Part shown: piece by piece, positions 1 to 9,262 of the stretch
Layout: each line of letters begins with the position of its first letter
Numbering within the stretch: the first letter of the stretch is position 1
Assembly: GCA_027023255.1 (NCBI GenBank)
Contig: JALVVU010000007.1
Location: forward strand, 6,888-70,887
Origin: Desulfurococcales archaeon
GTDB taxonomy: Archaea > Thermoproteota > Thermoprotei_A > Sulfolobales > NBVN01
Direction of reading: 5' to 3'
DNA length: 64,000 nucleotides
Program-made: the position numbers and the translations under genes
Notes under the pieces: generated by a model
Database searches by the model: none
What the model saw: the letters and a program-made list of their open reading frames with translations, nothing else
What the model was told of the DNA's origin: nothing

Positions 1-1041
1 ATTGACACCACCTGCCAACGTTATTATGTCGTTTATGAATGATGTTCTACCTACAGTCCAGTAGTCTGGGTATATTTCATAGTACACCTTAACGGGTTTA
101 CTTCCTGTCTTGTTCAGGTATTCCTCAACCTTTAGCCTGGTGCTAGTTATTATGTTCCTCATCTCCTCCACAACCTTAAGTGCCTTATTGAAATGACCCG
201 TTATTAGCCCGACTGTTAGGATGTCACTAAACACGTCAGACATGTCCCTAGATGGGAGCACGAACACAGTTACGCCCATGCCAGCTAGTTCCTTAGCGTA
301 GCGCTCCTGAACACCAGTTGTCATAAACACTATGTCAGGCTTTAGCATTAATATCGCCTCAATATTTAGTGTTGAGAACCCCCCAACGACTTTGATGGTG
401 CCGTTCTTAACTAGTTCCTTAACTACTGGTGGGTAATTAGAGAACTTATCGACACCAACAACATTATTACCAGCACCAACCAGGAAGAGTATCTCGGTTA
501 TGGATGGGGCTGTTGAGACAATCCTCTGAGGCTTGTAGGGTATCGTCACCTGCCTGCCTAAGGCGTCGGTTAGCGTGAGCGGATACCTTATTGACTCAAC
601 TTGTTTCTGTACCGCCTTAATCTGATCTTGAATCAGTGTAACGTTACTTGTAACGCTCGCAAGCCTTTCAGCTAGGGACTTAACTTCAGCGGTCACGCTT
701 TTCACGGTGTTACTAAGCTTCTCGACATTACTCTGTACGCTATTAAGCCCGCTCTGAACGCTTTGAAGGTTGCTCGCCACATTACTGACACTGCTCTTCA
801 CGGAACTCACTTCACTAGCTACGCTAGACACTTTCTGCCCTATGTCCTCTATCTTTCCTGAATTACTCGCTAAGTTCTTCTCTATGCTTCCTAACTTTTG
901 GGCTAGCTTGTTTAGTTCTTCGTTCTGCCTAGCTATTAAGGACTTAAGTGACTGATTCTGCCAGTACATGAAGCCTAGCGCTATGAAGCTTAGGATTAAC
1001 GCTATGATAGCTACCCCTAAGATCGTTGCCTTCCCGGGCAT
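1..1041 (-). CDS. BtuF/Fe-siderophore-type ABC substrate-binding protein with N-terminal TM anchor and long coiled coil (runs off the window edge)
   Basis: Manual translation from ATG at 1041: MPGKATILGVAIIALILSFIALGF (TM), heptad-rich Ser/Val/Leu segment, then TDALGRQVTIPYKPQRIVSTAPSITEILFLVGAG and LNIEAILMLKPD (class III SBP motifs). Absent from the ORF track because there is no stop in the window. Confidence 0.85.
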   Translation of the reverse strand, partial: MPGKATILGVAIIALILSFIALGFMYWQNQSLKSLIARQNEELNKLAQKLGSIEKNLASNSGKIEDIGQKVSSVASEVSSVKSSVSNVASNLQSVQSGLNSVQSNVEKLSNTVKSVTAEVKSLAERLASVTSNVTLIQDQIKAVQKQVESIRYPLTLTDALGRQVTIPYKPQRIVSTAPSITEILFLVGAGNNVVGVDKFSNYPPVVKELVKNGTIKVVGGFSTLNIEAILMLKPDIVFMTTGVQERYAKELAGMGVTVFVLPSRDMSDVFSDILTVGLITGHFNKALKVVEEMRNIITSTRLKVEEYLNKTGSKPVKVYYEIYPDYWTVGRTSFINDIITLAGGVN

Positions 1042-1141
1042 TTATTGGACACCATATCCAATATTTGGGGGAAACTAATAAAGGTAGATGCGACACAGCC
1101 AAATCGGGCTGAGTGCTTCTAATGATAGGACAAAACGCATC

Positions 1142-1933
1142 CTACGTTGGGAAAACTCTATGTATTTTACCATTAACGTTTGCGTATACCTCAACGTACT
1201 TTTGTAGACCACTAGAGAGTATTTTCGGTCTAAGGACGGCCTCCACCTGGAATAGGCCGGCGAAGTCTTCCATGAATATTTCTATACGTATTGGGGTACT
1301 GCCATCACTGTTTATCGCTACCTTCTTTATGCTTAAGGCTGAGACAGCATGCATATCTAACTTCCCCAACTTATAGGGTATACGTGCACGTCCCTCAGCC
1401 ATGTCGGTTCCGTCAGCTATTTTCACGACGCTCGCCTCCACAGTTAATGCGTTAGTGTTCATCTCGGTTGCGTAAATTGCATGCATTACTTCCTGCCTCA
1501 GCATATACTTCCTCTTACCAATGTCTGGAATCACCGTCGTTAGGATCCTGTCAATAAGGTCCTTCGCTAGGATGGCCCCTATCATCTCATGATCGATTCT
1601 ATGCACAGCATTACCTATGTCGTGTAGGTAGGATGCTAGGAGAACCACTAGCTTAGCCTCATCTATGCTACGCGCGGTCCCGAACTCGATTGTTGTTGGC
1701 TTAATGCCAGACCTAACTAGCCTGTCGAAAATCTCCAGTGCTGCCCCTGAAACTATCCTAGAGTGAATTATGCCGTGGTCGTTGTACTTTAGCCTCCCAA
1801 CAGCCATGATGTTCGCCATCTTAATGAGTTCTTGTACCTCCTCATCATGCTCTAGGATTTCGTAAGCTTTCCTCAGGAGTTCAGAGCTTTCTACATGCTT
1901 TTGAACTAGTGCGGGACTAACTAAGACACTCAT
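1142..1933 (-). CDS. HD-superfamily phosphohydrolase (COG3294-like)
   Basis: NDHGIIHS, LHDIGN and ADGTD motifs; GGTGA SD 6 nt before ATG. Confidence 0.85.
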   Translation of the reverse strand: MSVLVSPALVQKHVESSELLRKAYEILEHDEEVQELIKMANIMAVGRLKYNDHGIIHSRIVSGAALEIFDRLVRSGIKPTTIEFGTARSIDEAKLVVLLASYLHDIGNAVHRIDHEMIGAILAKDLIDRILTTVIPDIGKRKYMLRQEVMHAIYATEMNTNALTVEASVVKIADGTDMAEGRARIPYKLGKLDMHAVSALSIKKVAINSDGSTPIRIEIFMEDFAGLFQVEAVLRPKILSSGLQKYVEVYANVNGKIHRVFPT

Positions 1934-1998
1934 TTATGATCACCCCTCAAGGCACACTATGTTAGGGATGTGTTGCTTTTTAAGTTAAAGTGTGTGAG

Positions 1999-2047
1999 TC
2001 AGCCGAGGATAATCACTTCATCAATCGAGTCGGCTCTTCTTCATCAT
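1999..2047 (-). ncRNA. C/D-box guide sRNA candidate
   Basis: Minus strand reads ATGATGA-AGAAGAGCCGAC-TCGA-TTGATGA-AGTGATTATCCTCGG-CTGA (C, D', C', D boxes). The first guide is complementary to the conserved 23S rRNA segment GUCGGCUCUUC. Confidence 0.75.
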
Positions 2048-2110
2048 CCTGAATTAACCTGTGTAAGACCACCTAATAATCTGAACGTCACTCACTATTA
2101 TGGAGTACCG

Positions 2111-2167
2111 ATGAAGAGGTCAGTCGACCGAGCTACTAACTGCTATGAGGAGCCTAGACCAGGCTGA
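2111..2167 (+). ncRNA. C/D-box guide sRNA candidate
   Basis: ATGAAGA-GGTCAGTCGA-CCGA-spacer-ATGAGGA-GCCTAGACCAGG-CTGA. The D guide is complementary to CCUGGUCUAGG, a typical crenarchaeal tRNA D-loop sequence. Confidence 0.65.
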
Positions 2168-2180
2168 GGGCTCCTTAACT

Positions 2181-3656
2181 CTATAACTTTATTATGCGCT
2201 CAGCGTTTGTGAGTGTGTAGATTAATGGAGCTATGAACATCAGTAACCATAAACCAGTCGCGTAATTACCTAAGATAATGTTGAGGATCATCATTCCCAC
2301 TACATACGCTAGGAAGATCTTCTCTTCTAGGCACCTACTGACCAGCGCGCTCTCTGACTCACCTTTCGGCGTGACTCTGTAGCTATACCGATTCCGCAGT
2401 AAACCAATTACCGTGTACGCCAGCACTATTGGTGACAGGCTTATCGTGAATGATGATGATGAACCCATCGTACGTATAGTTAAGGATCTTGACAACCCGA
2501 CCTCCCTTAGGGAGGAGTAGAAGGAGTAACCATAAAGTCCAATAAGTACTAGTAGGAAGGCGGCAGGCACTACCCCTAGAAGCATTATGTCCTGCCTCAA
2601 AAGTAAGGCAAGTGCCGGGATGACTATGCCTGACAGGGCTAGCAGTGCATGCGGTACGTACTGCATTAGGAAGAGTGTGGCCTCCACTTTCTTAAGGAAG
2701 GGGTATGGGGAACTAAATATTCTTCTCCACCCGTTCTTCAGCGTCTCCATGGCACCGTAAGACCATCTAGCCTGCTGTAATTTCAGGGCCTCGTACCTGG
2801 AGGGTACCAGCACCTTAAGTGACACGTTATCTATGAATCCTACTCTGTACCCCTTCCACATGAGCTTAGTGCCTATGTGCATATCGTCCTGAACTATACC
2901 TTCATCCCATAACCCAACATTCAGTAAGGCGCCCCTATCAAAGGCTGTCCCAGATCCTAGAGGGAAAATGAAGAATCCCTTTGAAGCTCGCCCCCTGTAA
3001 AGCGTATCAACTAGGTACTTCATCGAGAAGCCCACCGCCCGCGCTAGCTTCGTTGATGTTATCCAGTAACCATCCCAGCGCCCCACGCAAGCTGCATTAC
3101 CCTCACGAACACACTTAACTAAGTTAGTTAGGTAACCAGGTTGCGGCCTCGTATCAACATCTAGGATAACGACTATGTCTCTAGCAAAGTTCCGGACAAC
3201 CCAGTTAAGAGCGGCGGCCCTGCCTTTCTGGCCCTCGGTTCTTATCATGAAACGCACCTTTAAGTTTAAATCTTGAGCTAATTTCTCAACACTTTTCTTT
3301 ATGGGTGCCGCCTTCTCGGGAGGATCATCGCAAACGAATACTACCTCATAATCACCGCGTAGCTCGCTTCTTAATCTCGTCATATGATTAATCATGCCAA
3401 GCATTAGGCTCTCAGGCTCATCCTTCACGGGAACTACTATCGTGACCCCGCTTAAGTTACCTCCACTATCAGCAACATTAAGCATCTGAGGATCCCTACT
3501 CCCTCTCCTTCCCTGGAAGTACAGGATGGCGTGAACGAGTCCCATTATAACCGGTGGCAGGAGGAGCGCAATGAACACTACTACCTGAGCAACACTACTA
3601 AAGAAGAGTTGCGCCCCCAGCACGCTCCTCACCCGGCAGGGACCCTCACTGTGCAT
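2181..3656 (-). CDS. Processive GT2 glycosyltransferase (cellulose-synthase-like), membrane-integral
   Basis: VVPVKDE, DVD, QDD and QQARW (D,D,D,QxxRW) motifs plus several TM helices; exact start uncertain. Confidence 0.85.
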   Translation of the reverse strand: MHSEGPCRVRSVLGAQLFFSSVAQVVVFIALLLPPVIMGLVHAILYFQGRRGSRDPQMLNVADSGGNLSGVTIVVPVKDEPESLMLGMINHMTRLRSELRGDYEVVFVCDDPPEKAAPIKKSVEKLAQDLNLKVRFMIRTEGQKGRAAALNWVVRNFARDIVVILDVDTRPQPGYLTNLVKCVREGNAACVGRWDGYWITSTKLARAVGFSMKYLVDTLYRGRASKGFFIFPLGSGTAFDRGALLNVGLWDEGIVQDDMHIGTKLMWKGYRVGFIDNVSLKVLVPSRYEALKLQQARWSYGAMETLKNGWRRIFSSPYPFLKKVEATLFLMQYVPHALLALSGIVIPALALLLRQDIMLLGVVPAAFLLVLIGLYGYSFYSSLREVGLSRSLTIRTMGSSSSFTISLSPIVLAYTVIGLLRNRYSYRVTPKGESESALVSRCLEEKIFLAYVVGMMILNIILGNYATGLWLLMFIAPLIYTLTNAERIIKL

Positions 3657-3813
3657 GCAGTAACCATGAATGTCAAGCCCTCACCACTCCACTACCTGTC
3701 ATTTGTCTTCTCGTTTAAATTTAAAAGGTAATTATCGCGAATGAGAGAAATCAGGGAATAATGGGTAAGCCTATTTTAGGAACCTCGTAGACGTTTGATT
3801 AGGTGCTAACTTC

Positions 3814-4218
3814 TTGCCTGAGATTGATGACGTGCTTGAATGGTTAAGGAAGAGGGGAGACATGTTTATTAATGCACGCAGGCTTGCGAAAGCGTTTAAG
3901 ATGAGTACAAAGCGTGCTGGTTACTTGTTGAGAAAGCTCAAAGAGAATGGCTACTTGAAAGTGCATTGCAAGAGACGTGGTCGCTTCATAGTATATAAGG
4001 TGAACCTAAACCTGCTCAACAAGGATAAGAGTGTGCGGGGAACATTAAGCCTAAAGAAAATAAAGATCAAGAATACCACTAGCCGAGAAAAGCGGAAGAG
4101 ATCCTTCCGTATTAGAGGGCAGAGAAAAACAAGCAGAATAAGGAACCATAGAGAACACGCACGCAAACTGGATCTAGAACTAAGATCCTCTAGCTCCCTA
4201 AGTAACCAGCAACCTTGA
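3814..4218 (+). CDS. Small winged-helix DNA-binding protein with very basic C-terminal tail
   Basis: ARRLAKAFKMSTKRAGYLLRKLKENGYL wHTH pattern; K/R-rich tail; AGGTG SD. Confidence 0.65.
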   Translation: MPEIDDVLEWLRKRGDMFINARRLAKAFKMSTKRAGYLLRKLKENGYLKVHCKRRGRFIVYKVNLNLLNKDKSVRGTLSLKKIKIKNTTSREKRKRSFRIRGQRKTSRIRNHREHARKLDLELRSSSSLSNQQP

Positions 4219-4233
4219 GGCGCCACGTAGATC

Positions 4234-5193
4234 ATGTCAGCTAACCAGAATTACTGCTGTACTGAAGCATACTTAGAAGGCGATCTCTTAGAACTCATTG
4301 ACGGTTCCCTCTGGGTTGTGAAGGGCTGCGTCCATCCTGGTGCTCCTATCGCCGTACCTCGGCTCGTGAATGGGAAGAAAGTGAAGCGTTTGAGTGAAGC
4401 TTTCGAGATAATTACTAGGTACTACCCATTCTTTATTAAGCACGTGCCCGAGTTAGGTAGGGAAGCACCTGTCGTTAACCCTTCCTGGATAAGGCAGACC
4501 CGGAAATTCCTTCATTTCAACAACGTTGAAAGCATTACTTACGTTTCTAGGAACAAGATTAAGTCAGTAGCTATGGAATTAATCAGACTACTCCGTGAAG
4601 AATGCGAATTACGATGCGGTCCTACAGGCAGCCTTCTAGGCGGGTATGCTGGGAGGGAGTCTGACATAGACATTAATTGCGTAGAGGAGAAGCAAGGTGC
4701 GTTGGAATGCTTATGTGGTTTAAGGATTAAGGGATTCCTAAAGCCATTGTCCCTTAAGGAGTTTATTAAAGAGTTACCTTTAGTCTCTGAAACCCTCGGT
4801 TGGGGTGACATGAGTAAGTTAGTCGTACATCGTCTCACGCAAGGTGTTTTTAAGGATCTGAGATACACCCTCAGGATAATTAACTGTGACCGCATACAGG
4901 GGTTTCTTGGTCCGTATGCTCATATTATCAAGAATACGCGTGTAGTTTTTAAGGTGATGGACTTCGACTATAGGACACCATCGATATATAGGGTGGAGTT
5001 GCTCAGACCCACACTTCTTTTCTCTCGTGAAACGTACTTCATAACCCACAGAGTAAGATTTGCTGAAATGCCCTTCGGGTCCCTAGTTATTGCCAAAGGA
5101 GATGTAATGCTAAGGAACAATGACACCGCCATAGTGTCCCTTGACACACCGAACTCTAAAGTAGAAGCTATCCTCCTGCCATCCATGCCTTAA
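4234..5193 (+). CDS. Archaeal Pol-beta-superfamily nucleotidyltransferase-like protein (COG1665-like)
   Basis: WVVKGCVHP N-terminal motif and GPTGSLLGG...ESDIDI (GS/DxD). Confidence 0.65.
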   Translation: MSANQNYCCTEAYLEGDLLELIDGSLWVVKGCVHPGAPIAVPRLVNGKKVKRLSEAFEIITRYYPFFIKHVPELGREAPVVNPSWIRQTRKFLHFNNVESITYVSRNKIKSVAMELIRLLREECELRCGPTGSLLGGYAGRESDIDINCVEEKQGALECLCGLRIKGFLKPLSLKEFIKELPLVSETLGWGDMSKLVVHRLTQGVFKDLRYTLRIINCDRIQGFLGPYAHIIKNTRVVFKVMDFDYRTPSIYRVELLRPTLLFSRETYFITHRVRFAEMPFGSLVIAKGDVMLRNNDTAIVSLDTPNSKVEAILLPSMP

Positions 5194-5288
5194 GGCATTC
5201 TTAAAAACGCAGATTACTTAAAGTAAAATAATGAGAGTCACTCGGAAACACCGAGTAACTAGCGTTTAATGTCAGTCGAGGTGAGTGT

Positions 5289-6008
5289 ATGAATGCTAAG
5301 AGAAAGCGTGTAAAAGCATACGTTGACGCCATAAGCGAGTTACTAATGGACCCTAATCCAAGTCGCGAGAAGGCTACTGAGTTAGTAAAAAAGCATTTAG
5401 AGAGTGAGGGTGTCGAACCTTTCAGAGGGGCTTCCAAACCCGATGACATTTTTGAGAAGGAACTCATAAGCCTCTATATTGTAGGGGTTCGCGGACTAGG
5501 CATAAGGGACGACTATAGCGAGATATTTAGTAAGGTCTTCGATAAGGAGGAACGGTACGAGGAAATAATCAAGCTACTAACGTCCGACCTGCCCGTGGAG
5601 AGGGTTAGAGAAGGGATAAAGTCGCTCATACCTGAGATGAGCGAGGGTGACGTTGCTAGAATACTTAGGTTTGCATTAACCCTGTACTACCTTGACTTTG
5701 AACCCTATGAGTTCGTAGTTAAAGCTATAAAGAGGATGTTAGAGGCGCTACCGGAGTTTGAGGACACCATACGTAGGTTTACGAAATTCTTCGTTGCCGT
5801 TAAGCTGGCTGAGGAGATATCCTCCGGCTCGATAAGGAATAAAGTCGAGAAGGAAATAAGGAAGCAGCTAATATCCCTCGAGACAGGGATACCTAAATCA
5901 ACACCTTCCGACAGCTACGTAGCTAAGATAGCATCCGTGACATATGAGATACCGGACAAGGTGCTGAACAATATCTTCGGGAATAAGAAATCCAGTAACA
6001 ACCATTGA
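5289..6008 (+). CDS. DUF2192-family crenarchaeal protein
   Basis: PFRGASKPDDIFEKELISLYIVGVRGLG resembles DUF2192 proteins; GAGGTGA SD. Confidence 0.7.
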   Translation: MNAKRKRVKAYVDAISELLMDPNPSREKATELVKKHLESEGVEPFRGASKPDDIFEKELISLYIVGVRGLGIRDDYSEIFSKVFDKEERYEEIIKLLTSDLPVERVREGIKSLIPEMSEGDVARILRFALTLYYLDFEPYEFVVKAIKRMLEALPEFEDTIRRFTKFFVAVKLAEEISSGSIRNKVEKEIRKQLISLETGIPKSTPSDSYVAKIASVTYEIPDKVLNNIFGNKKSSNNH

Positions 6009-6065
6009 GTTCTAAGGAGCGGTAAGGTTTAAAGGACGCTCCCTCAGAGGTAAGTGGTGTGAGGA

Positions 6066-6335
6066 ATGCTGAAGGCTACGAAGGAGGAAGCATACCTCGT
6101 GAGGAAAGGAACTGACCTCATGCTTATTGAGGTCTTGAGAACCCCTGATGGCAAGACTTTCGTAGCCATCCACAAGACCTTCAAGGGCGTATACACTAGG
6201 AAGGAGGAAGAGGAACCTAAGGAGTGGGACCTCCTAGAGCTGGATGAGTTTAAGGGTCTTAAGGACTCAGAGGTAGATTATAAGACATTACCAACCGATA
6301 TTAGGAGAGCGATTTCCTCAGCCTTCAAGTATTGA
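6066..6335 (+). CDS. Small hypothetical protein
   Basis: Own TATA (TTTAAA ~6028), GGTG SD, typical codon usage. Confidence 0.7.
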   Translation: MLKATKEEAYLVRKGTDLMLIEVLRTPDGKTFVAIHKTFKGVYTRKEEEEPKEWDLLELDEFKGLKDSEVDYKTLPTDIRRAISSAFKY

Positions 6336-6438
6336 TCCACAGTAACGCTTTTGGCATGACGTTATGGACGGCTCCGCCGCTAACTATGTTAAAACTTAAT
6401 TCTTTCCAGAAATCCCTTAGATATTAGGGTGAGATAGT

Positions 6439-7422
6439 ATGAGGACCTTAACTAAGTTGAAGGTATCGATGTTGACGACCTTAGCATTCCTTATTGGCTT
6501 ATCAACACTTATACTCACCGCGCTATTTACTTACGTGCTTACCCCCACGGCCGGATTATCGACTGTTCTTGTCCTCTCCTTAGTGTTTGTTATAGGTATA
6601 CATGTGCTTCAGTGGCTTGTGGGTCCGAAGATAATCGAGATGGCATACAACGCTGAGCCAATCATGGGCGGGAGGTATGCATGGGTTGAGGAGTTAATAG
6701 CGCGCATTGCTCGGGCCTCCAACCTAGGTTTCATTCCGAAGGCAATGATAGCCCATGTTGACGTGCCTAACGCGTTTGCTTACGGCAACAGGCTCACCGG
6801 GTACAAGGTAGCTGTTACTGAGGGCTTACTCCGCATAGCACCCCCAGAGGAAGTCGAGGCTGTCTTAGCGCATGAGATAGGCCACATAAAGCATAGGGAC
6901 GTTGAGCTAATGATGGTTATCAGCATTCTTCCGGCACTTATATTCTGGCTTGGGAGAGTACTCATGTACTTTGGCTGGTTTGGCGGCGGGGATAGGGAGG
7001 GTGAAGCATCGATCCTTCCCATCATCGGAGCTGTCCTCATGGGTGTGGCGTTCCTCTTTAACTTCGCCGTACTTTACGTGAGCAGGTTACGGGAGTACTA
7101 CGCAGACGCACACGCCGCCCTAACCGTGCCTGGCGGGGCTAGGAAGCTTCAGCGGGCACTAGCTAGGATACTCGTAGCGAGCGGTGAGTTGAAGGCGTTC
7201 GCGCCCAGTAAGGTCGCGTCCGCGAGTAAGTTTAAGGCATTCTTAATAGCGGATCCTGAGGAGGGTATTGAGGTGCGTGGATACGGCATCATCGATATTG
7301 ATGAGGTTGTTGAGTGGATTAAGTCACAGCCTAGGTTAGTGCCTACCGAGATATTCATGACTCATCCGGACCCGGCGAAGAGGCTGAGGTTCCTAGATAC
7401 GCTTGCCTCGGGAGCTACATGA
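6439..7422 (+). CDS. htpX: Zinc metalloprotease HtpX (M48)
   Basis: PNAFAYG, AHEIGH (HExxH), SRLREYYAD, THP; TM helices. Confidence 0.92.
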   Translation: MRTLTKLKVSMLTTLAFLIGLSTLILTALFTYVLTPTAGLSTVLVLSLVFVIGIHVLQWLVGPKIIEMAYNAEPIMGGRYAWVEELIARIARASNLGFIPKAMIAHVDVPNAFAYGNRLTGYKVAVTEGLLRIAPPEEVEAVLAHEIGHIKHRDVELMMVISILPALIFWLGRVLMYFGWFGGGDREGEASILPIIGAVLMGVAFLFNFAVLYVSRLREYYADAHAALTVPGGARKLQRALARILVASGELKAFAPSKVASASKFKAFLIADPEEGIEVRGYGIIDIDEVVEWIKSQPRLVPTEIFMTHPDPAKRLRFLDTLASGAT

Positions 7423-8194
7423 GCATGGATAGCTTCGTGTACACCTTTTCCGGCACGAAGGGAAGAACGTGTCGGGTTGTTTTCGGAGGGAGTACCTTAC
7501 CTGCCTTAACTACCTTCATTACTTCATCCTTCGTTAATCCCCTCCGCACCAGTACGTAGTCAATTTCATCTTCCTTAAGATCCTTAAGGGCATCTTCAAG
7601 CAGTCCATACCACGTCATGGTTAGCTTGCCCATTCCGGCTAACTTATCAAGCACCTTAACGACCTTCTTCTGTCCCTCTAACCAGCCGCCAAGTTTGAAG
7701 TACTTGCCGTTCTTTCCTAACATTATGAACGCGCACTCCCACTCACCGACCTTACACTTCCCCGACTCAACACTCTTTATCGCGTCCTCACCGTCCGTCC
7801 CGGTCTCTATGTTCACCCCAACCTCATTAATGAGTTCCAGGAATTCTCCTGCATCCCCTTTGAATCCAGGGTACCATGTGTACACGCGGACCTCGGGACT
7901 GAAGTAATTGATTATTATGGCCGGAACCTTTCTAGCTCCTAGCTTCTTAAGAGCTGCCCATCGATGATGTCCGTCAACTATTAGGTACTTGTTTGTCCCC
8001 GGAACAGGAGCCGCTATTATGGGCATATCGACAGCACCGAGCTCGAGGATCATGTCTAGCAACGCGTTGAGTCTTTCATGGATTATCTCCTCGTGTGGTA
8101 ATAGGTCGTTAATATTGAGAAGTGTGGGTGATACTTTTCTCTTGGGTATGCTATACTTGGGTATCTTAACGCGCACCTTAGTACTTTGTCCCAA
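7415..8194 (-). CDS. serK: Free-serine kinase SerK (ParB/Srx fold)
   Basis: PKYSIP, LLPHE, LIVDGHHRWAAL, VYTWYP, YGLLEDA and PKTTRHVLPF closely match Thermococcus SerK as I recall it; downstream of serA/serC-like genes. Confidence 0.88.
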   Translation of the reverse strand: MGQSTKVRVKIPKYSIPKRKVSPTLLNINDLLPHEEIIHERLNALLDMILELGAVDMPIIAAPVPGTNKYLIVDGHHRWAALKKLGARKVPAIIINYFSPEVRVYTWYPGFKGDAGEFLELINEVGVNIETGTDGEDAIKSVESGKCKVGEWECAFIMLGKNGKYFKLGGWLEGQKKVVKVLDKLAGMGKLTMTWYGLLEDALKDLKEDEIDYVLVRRGLTKDEVMKVVKAGKVLPPKTTRHVLPFVPEKVYTKLSMLM

Positions 8195-8260
8195 TAACGG
8201 TCACCTACATCATTTTCATTTAGCTATGTAGCATGCGTCCCCTTTACTAATAATGTATTT

Positions 8261-8272
8261 TTAATGCATTTG
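8261..8272. promoter_or_regulatory. Palindromic operator candidate TTAATGCATTTG upstream of serK
   Basis: Near-copy of the perfect palindrome TAAATGCATTTA at 10495-10506. Confidence 0.35.
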
Positions 8273-8303
8273 ACAAAAAAGCCATTCCGTAGTTATTGCC
8301 TTC

Positions 8304-9245
8304 CTAAACCTTGTTTTTCAAGTATTCAATTATCTTTTGAGCCACCTCTAGACCAGCCCGGCGCTGAGCCTCCTCCGTGGAAGCCCCTATGTGCGGAGTT
8401 AGCACTACATTATCTAACTTAGTTAACGGGTGGTCAGGAGGAAGGGGCTCCTCCTCATACACGTCTAGGCCTGCTCCAGCTATCCAGCCCTCCTTCAATG
8501 CCTTAACAAGGGCGTCAGTGTCAACTACGCCTCCTCTCGAGGTGTTAATTAGTATGGCAGTTGACTTCATTTTCTTAAGTCGTTCTTCGTTGATTAGGTG
8601 CCTTGTTGATTCGAGTAGGGGCACGTGTAGCGTGATTATGTCGGCGTTCTCTATGACTTCATCGATTGACGAGAACTTCGCATTTAATTCCTTCTCAACA
8701 TCCTCTGATGCCCTGATAACGTCGTAGTACAGTATGTTCATGTTGAAGCCCTTCGAAGCTATTTTCGCTACTTCTCTTCCTATTCTACCGAAACCTATCA
8801 CGCCTAGGGTCTTACCGCTGAGTTCTGTTCCTAGGCACTTCTTCTTCACCCACTTCCCCTCACGCATATTCCTGTCGGCGTAAGCTATCTTCCTGAGAAC
8901 AGCTATTGCTAGTCCTATGACTAGCTCAGCGACACTTCTGGTTGGGGCTGCGGGGGCGTTAATTACCTTAATTCCCCTTCTTTTCGCGGCTTCTAAGTCT
9001 ATGTTGTCTAGGCCAACCCCTGCTCTAGCAATGACCTTGAGTTTCTTACCTGCCTCTATTACTTCCGCGGTTACCTTTGGTTTACTCCTAACGATGATTA
9101 CGTCAAACTCGCCGATAATGCTCTTTAACTCCTCGACGCTGGGATACTCCCTCACAACCACCTCGTAACCGGCGTCACGGAGCAGTTTAATGGCATCCTC
9201 ATGGATCGGGGCTGCCACGAGTACCTTTATCTTCCCCGTCATCAC
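8304..9245 (-). CDS. serA: D-3-phosphoglycerate dehydrogenase / D-2-hydroxyacid dehydrogenase (SerA-like, no ACT domain)
   Basis: IARAGVGLDNID, GFGRIG, INTSRG and LTPHIGAST; lies between a class V aminotransferase and serK. Confidence 0.8.
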   Translation of the reverse strand: MMTGKIKVLVAAPIHEDAIKLLRDAGYEVVVREYPSVEELKSIIGEFDVIIVRSKPKVTAEVIEAGKKLKVIARAGVGLDNIDLEAAKRRGIKVINAPAAPTRSVAELVIGLAIAVLRKIAYADRNMREGKWVKKKCLGTELSGKTLGVIGFGRIGREVAKIASKGFNMNILYYDVIRASEDVEKELNAKFSSIDEVIENADIITLHVPLLESTRHLINEERLKKMKSTAILINTSRGGVVDTDALVKALKEGWIAGAGLDVYEEEPLPPDHPLTKLDNVVLTPHIGASTEEAQRRAGLEVAQKIIEYLKNKV

Positions 9246-9262
9246 GGCTCACCCGACGAAAC

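Noticed and set aside
7415..8194. ParB partition protein
   Set aside because: Full-length similarity and gene context fit SerK; there is no HTH and no ParA partner.
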